Assembly (NCBI GenBank): GCA_039818205.1
Contig: JBCBUK010000002.1
Location: 513,863 to 577,862, forward strand
Length of the DNA stretch: 64,000 nucleotides
Direction of reading: 5' to 3'
From: Verrucomicrobiota bacterium
GTDB taxonomy: Bacteria > Verrucomicrobiota > Verrucomicrobiia > Opitutales > Cerasicoccaceae
Positions 33,787-42,845 of this stretch are shown here, in pieces (position 1 is the stretch's first letter; each line of letters opens with the position of its first letter). The notes beneath the pieces were generated by a model. That model had not been told where the DNA came from. It worked only from the letters and a program-made list of their open reading frames with translations, and did not search any database. A program made the translations under genes and the position numbers.

Positions 33787-35871
33787 ATGAAAACAGCTAC
33801 GATATTTGATTCCATCGTTTCAACCGATTGCCCCGACTCGTTAGAAGTAAACCCCGAATCCCGCCGCGCCGACGCCTTTAAACTTGGTTTTACTGCCAAT
33901 GGTGAGGTTCCCTTCCCACAAGTCATTGTGCGAGGGCCAAGCGGGGAAACCGTTTATAGTGGTAAAGACGTAAAGAAGGGCCGCAAAAAGGGTACGTATG
34001 CCGTGACGATTCCCGAAGGTAAACTTGGGGTGGGACGGTATGACGTTCAGTTCGAAGGTTGCCGCCAAGAAGATTGGCAATCCGCGGGTGGTGAGGACTG
34101 GGTGAAGGCATTTGCATCGCTTGAGGTGAAGGCACCGCCGCGCCCAAAAATTTCCGTTGGAGATGCCTCCGCCGTGAAGATCTTCTTCGGTATTCACAAG
34201 CACATGCACCAGCCCTATTACGATGCGGCCAATCCCGATTATTGGGATGGTGAGAAGGGCGAAATTTTTGGGTCTCGCCGCGGAGCGTATTCGCACTTCG
34301 TTCCGACTGCGATCCGGCACTATGGTAACGGCGATCTGCCGCACGGTGGGCTCTCAACGAGCTGGAGTGGCTCCTTGATCGAACAGCTTAACGGCAAGGG
34401 TGGTTTTCCTGGTTGGGCGGATCAGTTGCGTTGGGCAGCACAACAGAAAACCTCGCTGGGTAATCCGCGTTGTGACTTTACCGCCTTCGGATTTTTTCAC
34501 CCACTCATGGCCCTTACGCCGAGCCGCAACATTGTGAAGCAAATTGAGTGGCACCGGGGGATCATTCAGAGCCAGTTTGGGGTGCCCGCCAGCGATGTCT
34601 TGTTCCCGCCGGAGACCGCCTTTCACGTTCGCATGATTCCTGCGCTCAATGAAGCCGGCATCCGCGCGGTCATTTACGATAGTATCCACCGTTTCCGAGC
34701 CTGCCAGGAGTATCCCTATGCCGGGGTAGAGGAGGGGATGTTGCCGCCGAACGAATCGGAGCAAGTAAACCCGCCAGTCGACGATTGGCAACAGCTCCAC
34801 AATATTTGGGCTGGAAGCAAGATCAGCCCCTCACTGCTTCGTCCCGAGTGGATTGTTTATACCGACCCCGATGGCGTAGAGCACAAGATCATCGGCGTCC
34901 CAGCGGAGCGCTACATTGGAAACGAAGACGCTCGCGGCGGTTTCGGGGCATTGCAGTATCCGGCGATTTTCGGGCAGTTGCATGATCAGATCTGTGAGTT
35001 CGGCACCTACGACCCAAAGCATCCGCCGTTCTTCCTGTTGCACAGCGATGGTGATAATTATGGCGGAGGTACGGACAGCTACTACGACCACAACACCATG
35101 CGCATGGTCGAATGGCTGAAGAGTGATCCGCGCTTTGAGCTTTGTGGCGTCAAGGACTACCTCGATCAGTTCCCGCCTGACCCCAAGAACGCAGTCCATG
35201 TTGAGCCCGGCAGTTGGTCCGGTGCAGACAACGGCGATCCGCAATTCATGAAGTGGTTTAGCCGCTATGATCAATCCTACTCTCCAGACTTGAATAGCTG
35301 GGCTGTGCTGACGGCATTGCAAAACTGTGTGCACGCACTCGAGGATGCTCAACCCGACCATACTCAACTGGGCGAGGTGCAACGCCTCATGCTTACGGCT
35401 GAAACGAGTTGTTACTGGTATTGGACCGGGCAACAGAACTGGGACCAGCAGGTGACCAATGCGGCCAATAAGGCGTGGCATATTATGGGTGATCTAAACT
35501 CTGCCGTGCAAAGTGACACGACCGGTCCTACGATCTTTGCTCCGTGGGTTATGCCAGAGAATCCAGGTGGTAAAGCCTGGGGGAACAATTGCCTTAAGGA
35601 AGCCCCGCGAGAAGCCCAAGTGCATACCTTTATCTATGACCTGAGCGGATTGAATGAGGTCACGCTTACGCTGCGTGCCGGCAAAAAGGAAACGGTTATT
35701 AAGCCGAGCCTACAGGCGCCTTATCCCTCGGAGACCGGCCCTGGTCGGACTGCTGATCACGTGGTGTTCGACTTGCCAGTTGGCGCGGGTGATTGCCGTT
35801 ATTTCATTACTGCGATCGATCAGAAGGGCAACGTCAGCAAGTCGGCCCTCGAGCGCGTCTTTCTCGCCTAG
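33787..35871 (+). CDS. GH57/GH119-like glycoside hydrolase with N- and C-terminal beta-sandwich domains (paralog 3)
   Basis: Start MKTATIF; HKHMHQP, SGSLIEQL, FPPETAF, HSDGDNYG and AETSCYWYW. Confidence 0.82.
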   Translation: MKTATIFDSIVSTDCPDSLEVNPESRRADAFKLGFTANGEVPFPQVIVRGPSGETVYSGKDVKKGRKKGTYAVTIPEGKLGVGRYDVQFEGCRQEDWQSAGGEDWVKAFASLEVKAPPRPKISVGDASAVKIFFGIHKHMHQPYYDAANPDYWDGEKGEIFGSRRGAYSHFVPTAIRHYGNGDLPHGGLSTSWSGSLIEQLNGKGGFPGWADQLRWAAQQKTSLGNPRCDFTAFGFFHPLMALTPSRNIVKQIEWHRGIIQSQFGVPASDVLFPPETAFHVRMIPALNEAGIRAVIYDSIHRFRACQEYPYAGVEEGMLPPNESEQVNPPVDDWQQLHNIWAGSKISPSLLRPEWIVYTDPDGVEHKIIGVPAERYIGNEDARGGFGALQYPAIFGQLHDQICEFGTYDPKHPPFFLLHSDGDNYGGGTDSYYDHNTMRMVEWLKSDPRFELCGVKDYLDQFPPDPKNAVHVEPGSWSGADNGDPQFMKWFSRYDQSYSPDLNSWAVLTALQNCVHALEDAQPDHTQLGEVQRLMLTAETSCYWYWTGQQNWDQQVTNAANKAWHIMGDLNSAVQSDTTGPTIFAPWVMPENPGGKAWGNNCLKEAPREAQVHTFIYDLSGLNEVTLTLRAGKKETVIKPSLQAPYPSETGPGRTADHVVFDLPVGAGDCRYFITAIDQKGNVSKSALERVFLA

Positions 35872-35874
35872 CCC

Positions 35875-36444
35875 GTGTCAGAGGCGCATCCAGCAATCCT
35901 CATCAGTGGTATCAGTTTAGCGGGTAAGTCGACCCTTGCCCGCGCGCTGGTGGAAAAATCATCGTTACCCTTAGATCTGATCGAGGGCGATGACCTGCAT
36001 ACCAAGGACTCGATTGCAAAAATGAGTTCTGGCATCCCGCTCGACGATGCCGATCGTGAGGGGTGGCGCGCGAGGCTAGGTGAGCTGATAGCCGGTCATA
36101 TGCCGCCGCCGGTTCGCATGATTACCTGTTCGGCGCTGAGTCGCAGATTTCGTGACCAGCTTAGAGGTTTTGGGGCGATCCGGTTCGTCTTTCTAACCAT
36201 TAGTCCTCAACTTGCTCAGCGGCGAGCGCAGGATCGACTGGCCGACGATGCAAAGCACTTTTTTCAACCGTCCCAGTTTCCGCAACTGCTCGCGGGGCAG
36301 TTTCGAGACCAGCAGATTCCATCATCGGACGAAGTTGATTGCTTCGTGGTCCAGGTTGACCATTACCTGACTCTATCTAAGGCAGTTTCGACAGTTCCCG
36401 AGCCATTGATCAATGACGTTACTTCTTGGCTCAATTGGGACTGA
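35875..36444 (+). CDS. gntK: Gluconokinase (GntK/IdnK type)
   Basis: GISLAGKST P-loop, EGDDLH, KMSSGIPLDDADREGW, CSAL and HFF. Confidence 0.85.
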   Translation: MSEAHPAILISGISLAGKSTLARALVEKSSLPLDLIEGDDLHTKDSIAKMSSGIPLDDADREGWRARLGELIAGHMPPPVRMITCSALSRRFRDQLRGFGAIRFVFLTISPQLAQRRAQDRLADDAKHFFQPSQFPQLLAGQFRDQQIPSSDEVDCFVVQVDHYLTLSKAVSTVPEPLINDVTSWLNWD

Positions 36445-36453
36445 CGGAAGGCG

Positions 36454-37545
36454 CTATTGGCTCGCGCGGTACTTTGTGAGGATCGCATCCCAAGCTGGGC
36501 TTTGGATGAACTCCAGCAGCTCAAGGTCAATTTCCCGTTGATTCACTTGTTCTAGCGGCATGGCGAGCGCCAGGAACGTGGGCTCAAAGGTGTCGGTCAG
36601 CACATCGATCTCTCCCGCGAAGTCTTTGCCGGCCCAATAAGAGATCAACGCGTGGTCGTTAACGAATGCGGAGATCTCGCTGTCGGAAACGGCTCGGAGC
36701 CCGTCGGGAATCGTTTCGAAGTATTGCGGGTAAACTCCAATCGCCTTGAGGTAGTGGTCAGCCACTGAGTCCTCGATTGTCCCAACCCGCACGCGTATGA
36801 GATCTTGTGGTCCTTTGACCTTGGGCGTAAGACTGCCAACGGTGAGCGCAGTCGCGATGGCTCCGGTGAGGCCCGAAATGATTACAATCGAGGTGAACAT
36901 CCAGACCAGTCCAATCAATCGACCGCCAAGGGTTACGGGTGCCTTGTCTCCGTAGCCAACGGTTGTCATCGTTACGGCAGACCACCAAAAGGCGGCACCA
37001 AGCCCATGGGCGGTGTTTCCACCAAAGTGTTCGGCATTTCGTTTCCGCTCGAAGAGCCATACCATGAGTCCGGCCAGCAAGAGGACGACGAGCAGGGCTA
37101 GTAGCGCTTTGATAAAGTTCCAATTGAGTAGGCGACTGAACAGCTCGGTCCAGATGTTCTGTTTGGTGTAGGCGGTCGCGATTCCCAGCGAGGACCCGTA
37201 GTAGGTGTGGGTAAAACTCATGGCCTTCGCGCGGTCTGCCGTTACCGAAATCGCTGCGGCCCCGATGTTTGCTTCGCCGGTTTGAACAGCACCCAAGACT
37301 CCGACGAGGTCATACTCCCGGTACTCGTAGTCGTAGCCTAGTTCATTGGCGATGCCTTCCCACAGATCGATCGTGATCCCGGTCCACTTGCCGTCTGGGT
37401 CCTTGAATGCGAAGGGCGGTGTGTCCTTGGTGGCCACAATCATGGGGCCTGCCGAGGCGCCATTGTTAGCGGTTGCGGAACTCGATTGAGCAAGCAATAG
37501 GTAAGGGCAAACGCAGGCTAAGGCAATGAGCAGAAGCTGTTTCAT
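36454..37545 (-). CDS. GluR0-like ligand-gated K+ channel (split PBP domain plus K+ pore)
   Basis: Signal peptide, S1 (PPFAF, GITIDLW, ISVTADR), TM1, [17 protein letters not shown] selectivity filter, TM2, then the S2 lobe. Confidence 0.9.
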   Translation of the reverse strand: MKQLLLIALACVCPYLLLAQSSSATANNGASAGPMIVATKDTPPFAFKDPDGKWTGITIDLWEGIANELGYDYEYREYDLVGVLGAVQTGEANIGAAAISVTADRAKAMSFTHTYYGSSLGIATAYTKQNIWTELFSRLLNWNFIKALLALLVVLLLAGLMVWLFERKRNAEHFGGNTAHGLGAAFWWSAVTMTTVGYGDKAPVTLGGRLIGLVWMFTSIVIISGLTGAIATALTVGSLTPKVKGPQDLIRVRVGTIEDSVADHYLKAIGVYPQYFETIPDGLRAVSDSEISAFVNDHALISYWAGKDFAGEIDVLTDTFEPTFLALAMPLEQVNQREIDLELLEFIQSPAWDAILTKYRASQ

Positions 37546-37591
37546 AGGTAGACTATTGAAACGTGTATGGACGCGAATTCAATGCCAGGAT

Positions 37592-38236
37592 TTAGGAGCG
37601 ATTGAGTTTTCGCACCAGATCAGCTCCCAGGATGTTTTGAAACGCGGCTCGCAGTTCTGGATGTTTGGGGAGAAAGGTTCGCAGGGTTTCAAAGCTCCAG
37701 CATACATGCCGTGTTTTTGATAGTGCGATCACATCTGCGCAGGCCGTTTTGCCCGTCAGATAGCTCATCTCGCCGACGAAGTGTCCGGCCGATAGCTTGG
37801 CCAGCTCTTTGTCGTTGCGGCGGACCGAGAGCTCGCCCTCGTAGATGACGATGACGCGATCGATCGCACTGTCCTCTGATACGATGATGCCTTCCTTATC
37901 TGCTTCGCTCCACTCACCCAGTTCAAGAAGCTTACGGAAATTACTTGGCGATAAACGGTCAAAAACCAACTGGTAAAGTTTGAGGTCATCGCCTTTCAAA
38001 TGCACCGGCCGTCGATCCAGAATCAGGACGGTGGACTGGACGATGTTGATCGTAATAAATACGACATTCCAGATGATGGGTTCCCAAAGTGGTTCTGGTT
38101 GGAGAAAGTAATAGGGAAGGAGCGAGGTTCCCGCAATGATCGTGAAGATCCGCAACCAAAGGATGTCGCGAACCAGGTAGGAGACCAGGTACAACAGATA
38201 GGCGGCATGGACCAGGTAGGGAAGTAGTGAGCTCAT
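37592..38236 (-). CDS. Popeye-domain (cNMP-binding) membrane protein
   Basis: Three TMs (SYLVRDILWLR, WNVVFITINIVQ), LYQLVF, then a cNMP domain with GHFVGEMSYLT..ACADV. Confidence 0.85.
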   Translation of the reverse strand: MSSLLPYLVHAAYLLYLVSYLVRDILWLRIFTIIAGTSLLPYYFLQPEPLWEPIIWNVVFITINIVQSTVLILDRRPVHLKGDDLKLYQLVFDRLSPSNFRKLLELGEWSEADKEGIIVSEDSAIDRVIVIYEGELSVRRNDKELAKLSAGHFVGEMSYLTGKTACADVIALSKTRHVCWSFETLRTFLPKHPELRAAFQNILGADLVRKLNRS

Positions 38237-38817
38237 AGATAGCCTTCGTTGTCAAATTGAGTCAGTGACATGACTTGTTCCAAAATCTCTGAGACATCCC
38301 AGAAGTCGCCCAATGAGCGCTCGCGGTGCAAAAAGCCAATGCGTTGGTTGGGTTCGATAATGGCCAACCCGCCTTGTTGCAGTGGATCGCCCTCGATGCT
38401 GGTTTGCAAGTGGCCCTGTGAGAGAGCCTTCATCGCGTTGAGCATCGCGATCGGGCCAACGGTCGAGCCGACCGAATTTTTCAAGCCAAACGCCTGGTAG
38501 ATCTTCTTGGTCGGGTCTGTTAAAGAAACTGCCTGATCGCCATCAAGGCCGATCTTATCGATAAAGCCTTGTAGGTGCTCGGGGTCACCATTGCCAACGA
38601 AGACAACCTGAGCACCGAGCCGAGTAAACTCTCGCAGGCGTGGCTTCCACTCAGAAGCGTGCTGACTGCAGGCCAGGCATCCAAAGTGGCGGAGGAAGAT
38701 AAGGATCGTCAGCTTGCCGCCGAGCACGTCGGCGAGCGTCGTCTTTGTGCCGTGCTCATCCAGCAGTTCCAGTTCAAGTGCGCTATCCGGTAAGGTATGC
38801 CCGAGTTCAACAACCAT
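38233..38817 (-). CDS. Peroxiredoxin-like redoxin (AhpC-TSA_2 / PRXL2-like)
   Basis: FLRHFGCLAC CxxC motif, TDPTKKIYQAFGL and GDPLQQGG. Confidence 0.87.
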   Translation of the reverse strand: MVVELGHTLPDSALELELLDEHGTKTTLADVLGGKLTILIFLRHFGCLACSQHASEWKPRLREFTRLGAQVVFVGNGDPEHLQGFIDKIGLDGDQAVSLTDPTKKIYQAFGLKNSVGSTVGPIAMLNAMKALSQGHLQTSIEGDPLQQGGLAIIEPNQRIGFLHRERSLGDFWDVSEILEQVMSLTQFDNEGYL

Positions 38818-38929
38818 AATTGGGTGAAGACTTAGAGCATTAGTTTGGCCGATTCAATCGCCAAGCAATCAGACACACGTTGTTAGTTTGAGCTTAGGAG
38901 CCGTTAGCGCCGGCGATCTCCAGTTTTTA

Positions 38930-39226
38930 TCAACGTAGAGAGTAAAACAGAAATGCGAGTAGGCCGAGCGTTGGCACGATCCAACTGGCGAGCCCAATAT
39001 ATAGCGTGCGCTCTGCGAGTTGTTGGGCTTCGAAATCCTGCTGCTCTTGTTCGCTTATTTTGAACGCCTTCTTGGTCCGCTGATTGTATTTGAGATCACG
39101 AAGATGACCGGTGCGGCCTTTGCCAACGGTTACGATCTTAATCAGCGCAGCACCGACCAGCCACGATCCGATCACGACGACGATTTCGAATAGGAACAGA
39201 AACAAGTAGGGGACTGCTTCGAGCAT
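38930..39226 (-). CDS. Small two-TM membrane protein
   Basis: 98 aa with a GAGGA RBS before the ATG. Confidence 0.65.
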   Translation of the reverse strand: MLEAVPYLFLFLFEIVVVIGSWLVGAALIKIVTVGKGRTGHLRDLKYNQRTKKAFKISEQEQQDFEAQQLAERTLYIGLASWIVPTLGLLAFLFYSLR

Positions 39227-39389
39227 GGGTCCTCAAAATTGATACAGCCCGGGCATCCTATCCCGGACTGTAGATGGCTAACTAGGCTTAAGCCCCTGAA
39301 ATGGGTTGTTGGTGTCAGGCAACAACATGATCCTCAAGTCCAATACTATCTATCACATTGTCATCCAGGTTGCCGAATCTGTGGCCGTT

Positions 39390-39800
39390 TTAGCGGCCGG
39401 AGTGGAGTCGGCGTTCCCAGTCATACTCGTTGCTGGTGACTGCGTGCTCAAGCCGGCGGGTACGCCGATCGAGCTGATCAAAACTCCGCTTGAGCTGTTT
39501 GAGCGCTCGCTTACGCGAGCTCGCAATGTCGTCGTAAAACTCTTGCTCAACATCGTTGCTTGGTTCGATGACGGGTTCGGGCTTCATGATCAGGCCAGCG
39601 ATTACATAGACGGCTAGGCCAAGCCAAAGTCCTGATAGCCAAATCGCGATGAACACGGCGAGACGAATCCAAAAGACTGAAATGTCACGCCATTCGGCGA
39701 GTCCTTTGCAGACCCCGAGGAAGCAGCCGTTTCGTGAACGGTAGAGTGGCTTCCGCAACGGAGGCGGCGTGGACGGGTTCTGGGTACTGTAGTGGCTCAT
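39390..39800 (-). CDS. pspC: Phage shock protein C
   Basis: LYRSRNG.FLGVCKGLAEW, one TM, and C-terminal RRLEHAVTS.EY. Confidence 0.92.
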   Translation of the reverse strand: MSHYSTQNPSTPPPLRKPLYRSRNGCFLGVCKGLAEWRDISVFWIRLAVFIAIWLSGLWLGLAVYVIAGLIMKPEPVIEPSNDVEQEFYDDIASSRKRALKQLKRSFDQLDRRTRRLEHAVTSNEYDWERRLHSGR

Positions 39801-40048
39801 TAAACTTCGGTCGGTTTGTGGTTCGCGGGTTTCTCGTTTTCGATCACGATGGTCTCCAGCGCATCAATGCGCTTTTCTAGGCGGGCCATTCCCGCGTGGA
39901 TTTCCTGAAGCAAAAGGGTTTCGTCTTCGTCCAGGCTATCTTTCTTCTTCGAGGAACTACCCTTGAGAATCGCCACGATGGCGATAGCGGTTCCGCAAAT
40001 AATGGGTAGCCCGATGACGAAGAAAGGAACTAATATACCTGCATCCAT
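39800..40048 (-). CDS. pspB: Phage shock protein B-like
   Basis: N-terminal TM then LEKRIDALETIV; located between pspA and pspC. Confidence 0.8.
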   Translation of the reverse strand: MDAGILVPFFVIGLPIICGTAIAIVAILKGSSSKKKDSLDEDETLLLQEIHAGMARLEKRIDALETIVIENEKPANHKPTEV

Positions 40049-40103
40049 AGCTAATTTTTAAAGGTGGTTGTGGGGGTTGGCAACAAGCAACCAGCGCCGG
40101 TTA

Positions 40104-40766
40104 CTACTTAGGCGCAAGCTTGTTCTTGAGCTCGCTCAGCTCAGCCTCGATGGCGTCGTCTTGCTTCAGGCGGGAAAACTCTTCTTCCAGGCTGGGCTTG
40201 GTCTTTGGATTGACCAGGTCAGCTTCTGCCTCAAGGCGATCGATGCGGGTTTCAAAGGCTTCGAACTTTGCCGTGGTGTCCTTCACGTTGAAGCGGCGGA
40301 TGTCCGTCTGGGCGCGCTTCTTCGCAGTGGCGTGCTGGTGGCGCTGGAGCAAGACCCGTTGCTTATCGCGGGCCTGGTTCAGCTTCTCTTCCAACTCACC
40401 AATGTCACTTTGGTATTGGTTGACGACTTCACCGTGCTGGATACCTTCGGATTCGAGCTTTTCGACGCGCTCCGAATAGGCGCGCTTTTCCATCAGCGCC
40501 TCGCGAGCCAGATCTTCACGACCCTTGGTCAGCGCAAGCTCGGCCTTCGCGGACCACTCGGCTACCTTGATCTCGGATTCAGTCTTGGCGCGTTCGACTT
40601 TGGTGCGCTCGGCCATGCAGCTGGCGCACGAAGCTTTCAGCTCAACGAGCGTGTCCTCCATTTCGCGGATGACGAGCTTCAGGAGTTTTTCTGGATCTTC
40701 AGCCTTATCCAACATGGAGTTGAGGTTCGAGCTGACGATGTCGCGGAATCGGGAAAAAATGCCCAT
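40104..40766 (-). CDS. pspA: Phage shock protein A
   Basis: MGIFSRFRDIVSSNLNSMLDKAEDPEKLLKLVIREMEDTLVE and GREDLAREAL. Confidence 0.96.
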   Translation of the reverse strand: MGIFSRFRDIVSSNLNSMLDKAEDPEKLLKLVIREMEDTLVELKASCASCMAERTKVERAKTESEIKVAEWSAKAELALTKGREDLAREALMEKRAYSERVEKLESEGIQHGEVVNQYQSDIGELEEKLNQARDKQRVLLQRHQHATAKKRAQTDIRRFNVKDTTAKFEAFETRIDRLEAEADLVNPKTKPSLEEEFSRLKQDDAIEAELSELKNKLAPK

Positions 40767-40816
40767 GGTAATAATTTAGTTAGTGTTCTCGTTGATTAAA
40801 ATTCTGCCAACACTAT

Positions 40817-40947
40817 AGAAATTCTTATGCCAACTTCAATTGGGTTGATTTAAGTAATTGTAGATCAATAAAATACGATAGTTTAAGCTCTATGTTTTGT
40901 GTTAAATAAAATAGCGAAAAAGTTTGATAAGTAGTGAAAATCGCTAA
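40817..40947 (-). promoter_or_regulatory. pspA sigma54 promoter and PspF upstream activating sequence
   Basis: TGGCATAAGAATTTCT at 40832-40817 (the -12 reads TC, not GC); near-palindrome TAGTGAAAATCGCTAA at 40932-40947. Confidence 0.6.
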
Positions 40948-40958
40948 TTAATAGCGAA

Positions 40959-41981
40959 ATGATAACCTTGGAAGAGCCGCTTGGAGAATCGGATGCCTTT
41001 TTGGAGTTTCAGGCACGATTGAGCCAAGCCGCGCCCGTCGACCGGTCGGTTTTGCTTGTTGGTGAGCGCGGAACGGGTAAGGAGTTGGCAGCCAGACGTT
41101 TGCACTATCTATCTTCCAGATGGAATGGGCCGCTTGCGGCGCTGAACTGTGCGGCGCTGAGCCCTGGTGTGCTGGAAAGCGAACTCTTTGGTCACGAGCA
41201 GGGAGCCTTTACGGGCGCGGCACGTCGACGGATGGGTCGCTTCGAGACGGCGAATGGTGGCACGTTCTTTTTGGATGAGCTTGGCCAGGCGCCCCTTGAG
41301 GTGCAGCGGAAAATTCTGCGCGTTGTGGAGTACGGTGTGTTTGAGCGAGTCGGCGGCAGTGAGCCGGTTGAGGTCGATGTGCGCCTCGTTGCGGCGACAA
41401 ATGCCGACCTGCCCGCCCTCGCGAAGGCAGGAAAGTTTTTGCCGGATCTCTTGGACCGCCTGGCGTTCGAAGTCCTGGTGTTGCCGCCGCTGCGGGTGCG
41501 CCGCGGGGATATTACGCTGCTTACATCGCACTTTGCGGCCCGAATGGCAGGTGAGCTGGGACGCGCTACGCCGGATTTTTCCGCCAAAGCGCTCCGGGCG
41601 CTGGAGAGTCACGATTGGCCGGGAAACATACGAGAGCTCAAGAATGTGGTCGAGCGCGCCGTCTATCGCCTGAGTGTCGACGATGAGGTTGTCGATCAGG
41701 TCAATTTTGACCCCTTCGAGTCGCCCTGGGCCAGCCGTTTGGTCAAGCCAACCACCGAAGCGACGACCGAACGGCGTTTATCGCGCGAGGCGCCAGACGC
41801 TCCAGAGGTATTTGATTTTGACCGCCCGCTGTCGGAAGTCTTGGCGGCCACGGAAGCGCGTTATGTTGATGAAGCGCTCACCCGCACTCAGGGGCATCAA
41901 GGTCATGCAGCTGAGTTGCTGGGCCTCGGCTACCACCAATTCCGCCGGCTCGTTAAGAAGCACGAAACGGTGGGCGGCTAG
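40959..41981 (+). CDS. pspF: sigma54 enhancer-binding activator PspF
   Basis: GERGTGKE, ESELFGHEQGAFTGA, WPGNIRELKN and C-terminal HTH LGLGYHQFR; no sensor domain; divergent from pspA. Confidence 0.95.
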   Translation: MITLEEPLGESDAFLEFQARLSQAAPVDRSVLLVGERGTGKELAARRLHYLSSRWNGPLAALNCAALSPGVLESELFGHEQGAFTGAARRRMGRFETANGGTFFLDELGQAPLEVQRKILRVVEYGVFERVGGSEPVEVDVRLVAATNADLPALAKAGKFLPDLLDRLAFEVLVLPPLRVRRGDITLLTSHFAARMAGELGRATPDFSAKALRALESHDWPGNIRELKNVVERAVYRLSVDDEVVDQVNFDPFESPWASRLVKPTTEATTERRLSREAPDAPEVFDFDRPLSEVLAATEARYVDEALTRTQGHQGHAAELLGLGYHQFRRLVKKHETVGG

Positions 41982-41991
41982 TACGTGACGT

Positions 41992-42726
41992 TTAGTACAA
42001 TCCCACCACGTGCCCTTGAACAAGCTTTACCGCGAATACACCGAGGTTGCTGGCGAAGTGAGCGGCCATGCAGGGGATTAGCGACTTTTGCGGATTCAAG
42101 GCCCAGAAGCGAACGGTGTAGAACCAGAGGGAATTGATAAACAGGATCGCGCTGGTGAACCAAGCTTTCGACGAGAAATCCCAAGTCAGGGTGCCTTGCC
42201 AAATCTGCCAGCCGTCGACGCCCTCGGGCATGTCGAGTTTCCAGAAAAATGGGTGGAGCAGGGTGAAGAGCAGGGAAAAGGCGATGATGCTTCCAACTAA
42301 TGCTGCCGTGCCTTTGCCATCCACAACCAGGAAACCGCGGAATATCAGCTCCTCAATAAACGCCGCCGTAATCCATGAGAACAGCGCCAGTACGGTCACG
42401 TCGGATTGTTCGGCTGAGAGGCCAAGCATGATTTCGCCGCCGGTCTCGATGCCGAGAATGATGAGTGCGCCGATGACCCCGATCCAGATGGCTTTGCTGG
42501 GGGCTGGGTAGGCCCCAGGTAGCGGCTTGGCGGTTGGTTTGCCGGCTTGATTGGCCTTAAAATCGTCCAACCACAGCTTGAAAACGTAAATTGCGATGCC
42601 GACTGTGGCGATAATCATCAGAGGATCGTTTTGCATGGCGTCTAAGTTGTCGGCCTCGCCGGAGGCCTCTGCAGTCGCCTGGGCGATGGGAAGTAGCGGG
42701 TTATAAGGTAGGTTTATGGCAAACAT
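41992..42726 (-). CDS. CPBP (CAAX/Abi) intramembrane metalloprotease
   Basis: EELIFRG, FTLLH and SLIPCMAAHFASN. Confidence 0.87.
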   Translation of the reverse strand: MFAINLPYNPLLPIAQATAEASGEADNLDAMQNDPLMIIATVGIAIYVFKLWLDDFKANQAGKPTAKPLPGAYPAPSKAIWIGVIGALIILGIETGGEIMLGLSAEQSDVTVLALFSWITAAFIEELIFRGFLVVDGKGTAALVGSIIAFSLLFTLLHPFFWKLDMPEGVDGWQIWQGTLTWDFSSKAWFTSAILFINSLWFYTVRFWALNPQKSLIPCMAAHFASNLGVFAVKLVQGHVVGLY

Positions 42727-42845
42727 GAAATTTTATGCTAAACTGTAAGGATCGATGGTCTGGCTTTTGACTTAGAATCTCTTGTGGTTGTAGTTGACTA
42801 TCGCACACTTTAAAGTCTCTTTTTCAGATTCACGGTTTTCCTAAT

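Noticed and set aside
38870..38930. GTTAG/CTAAC words next to the small gene at 38930-39226, a possible second attC
   Set aside because: No complementary L boxes at the correct spacing.
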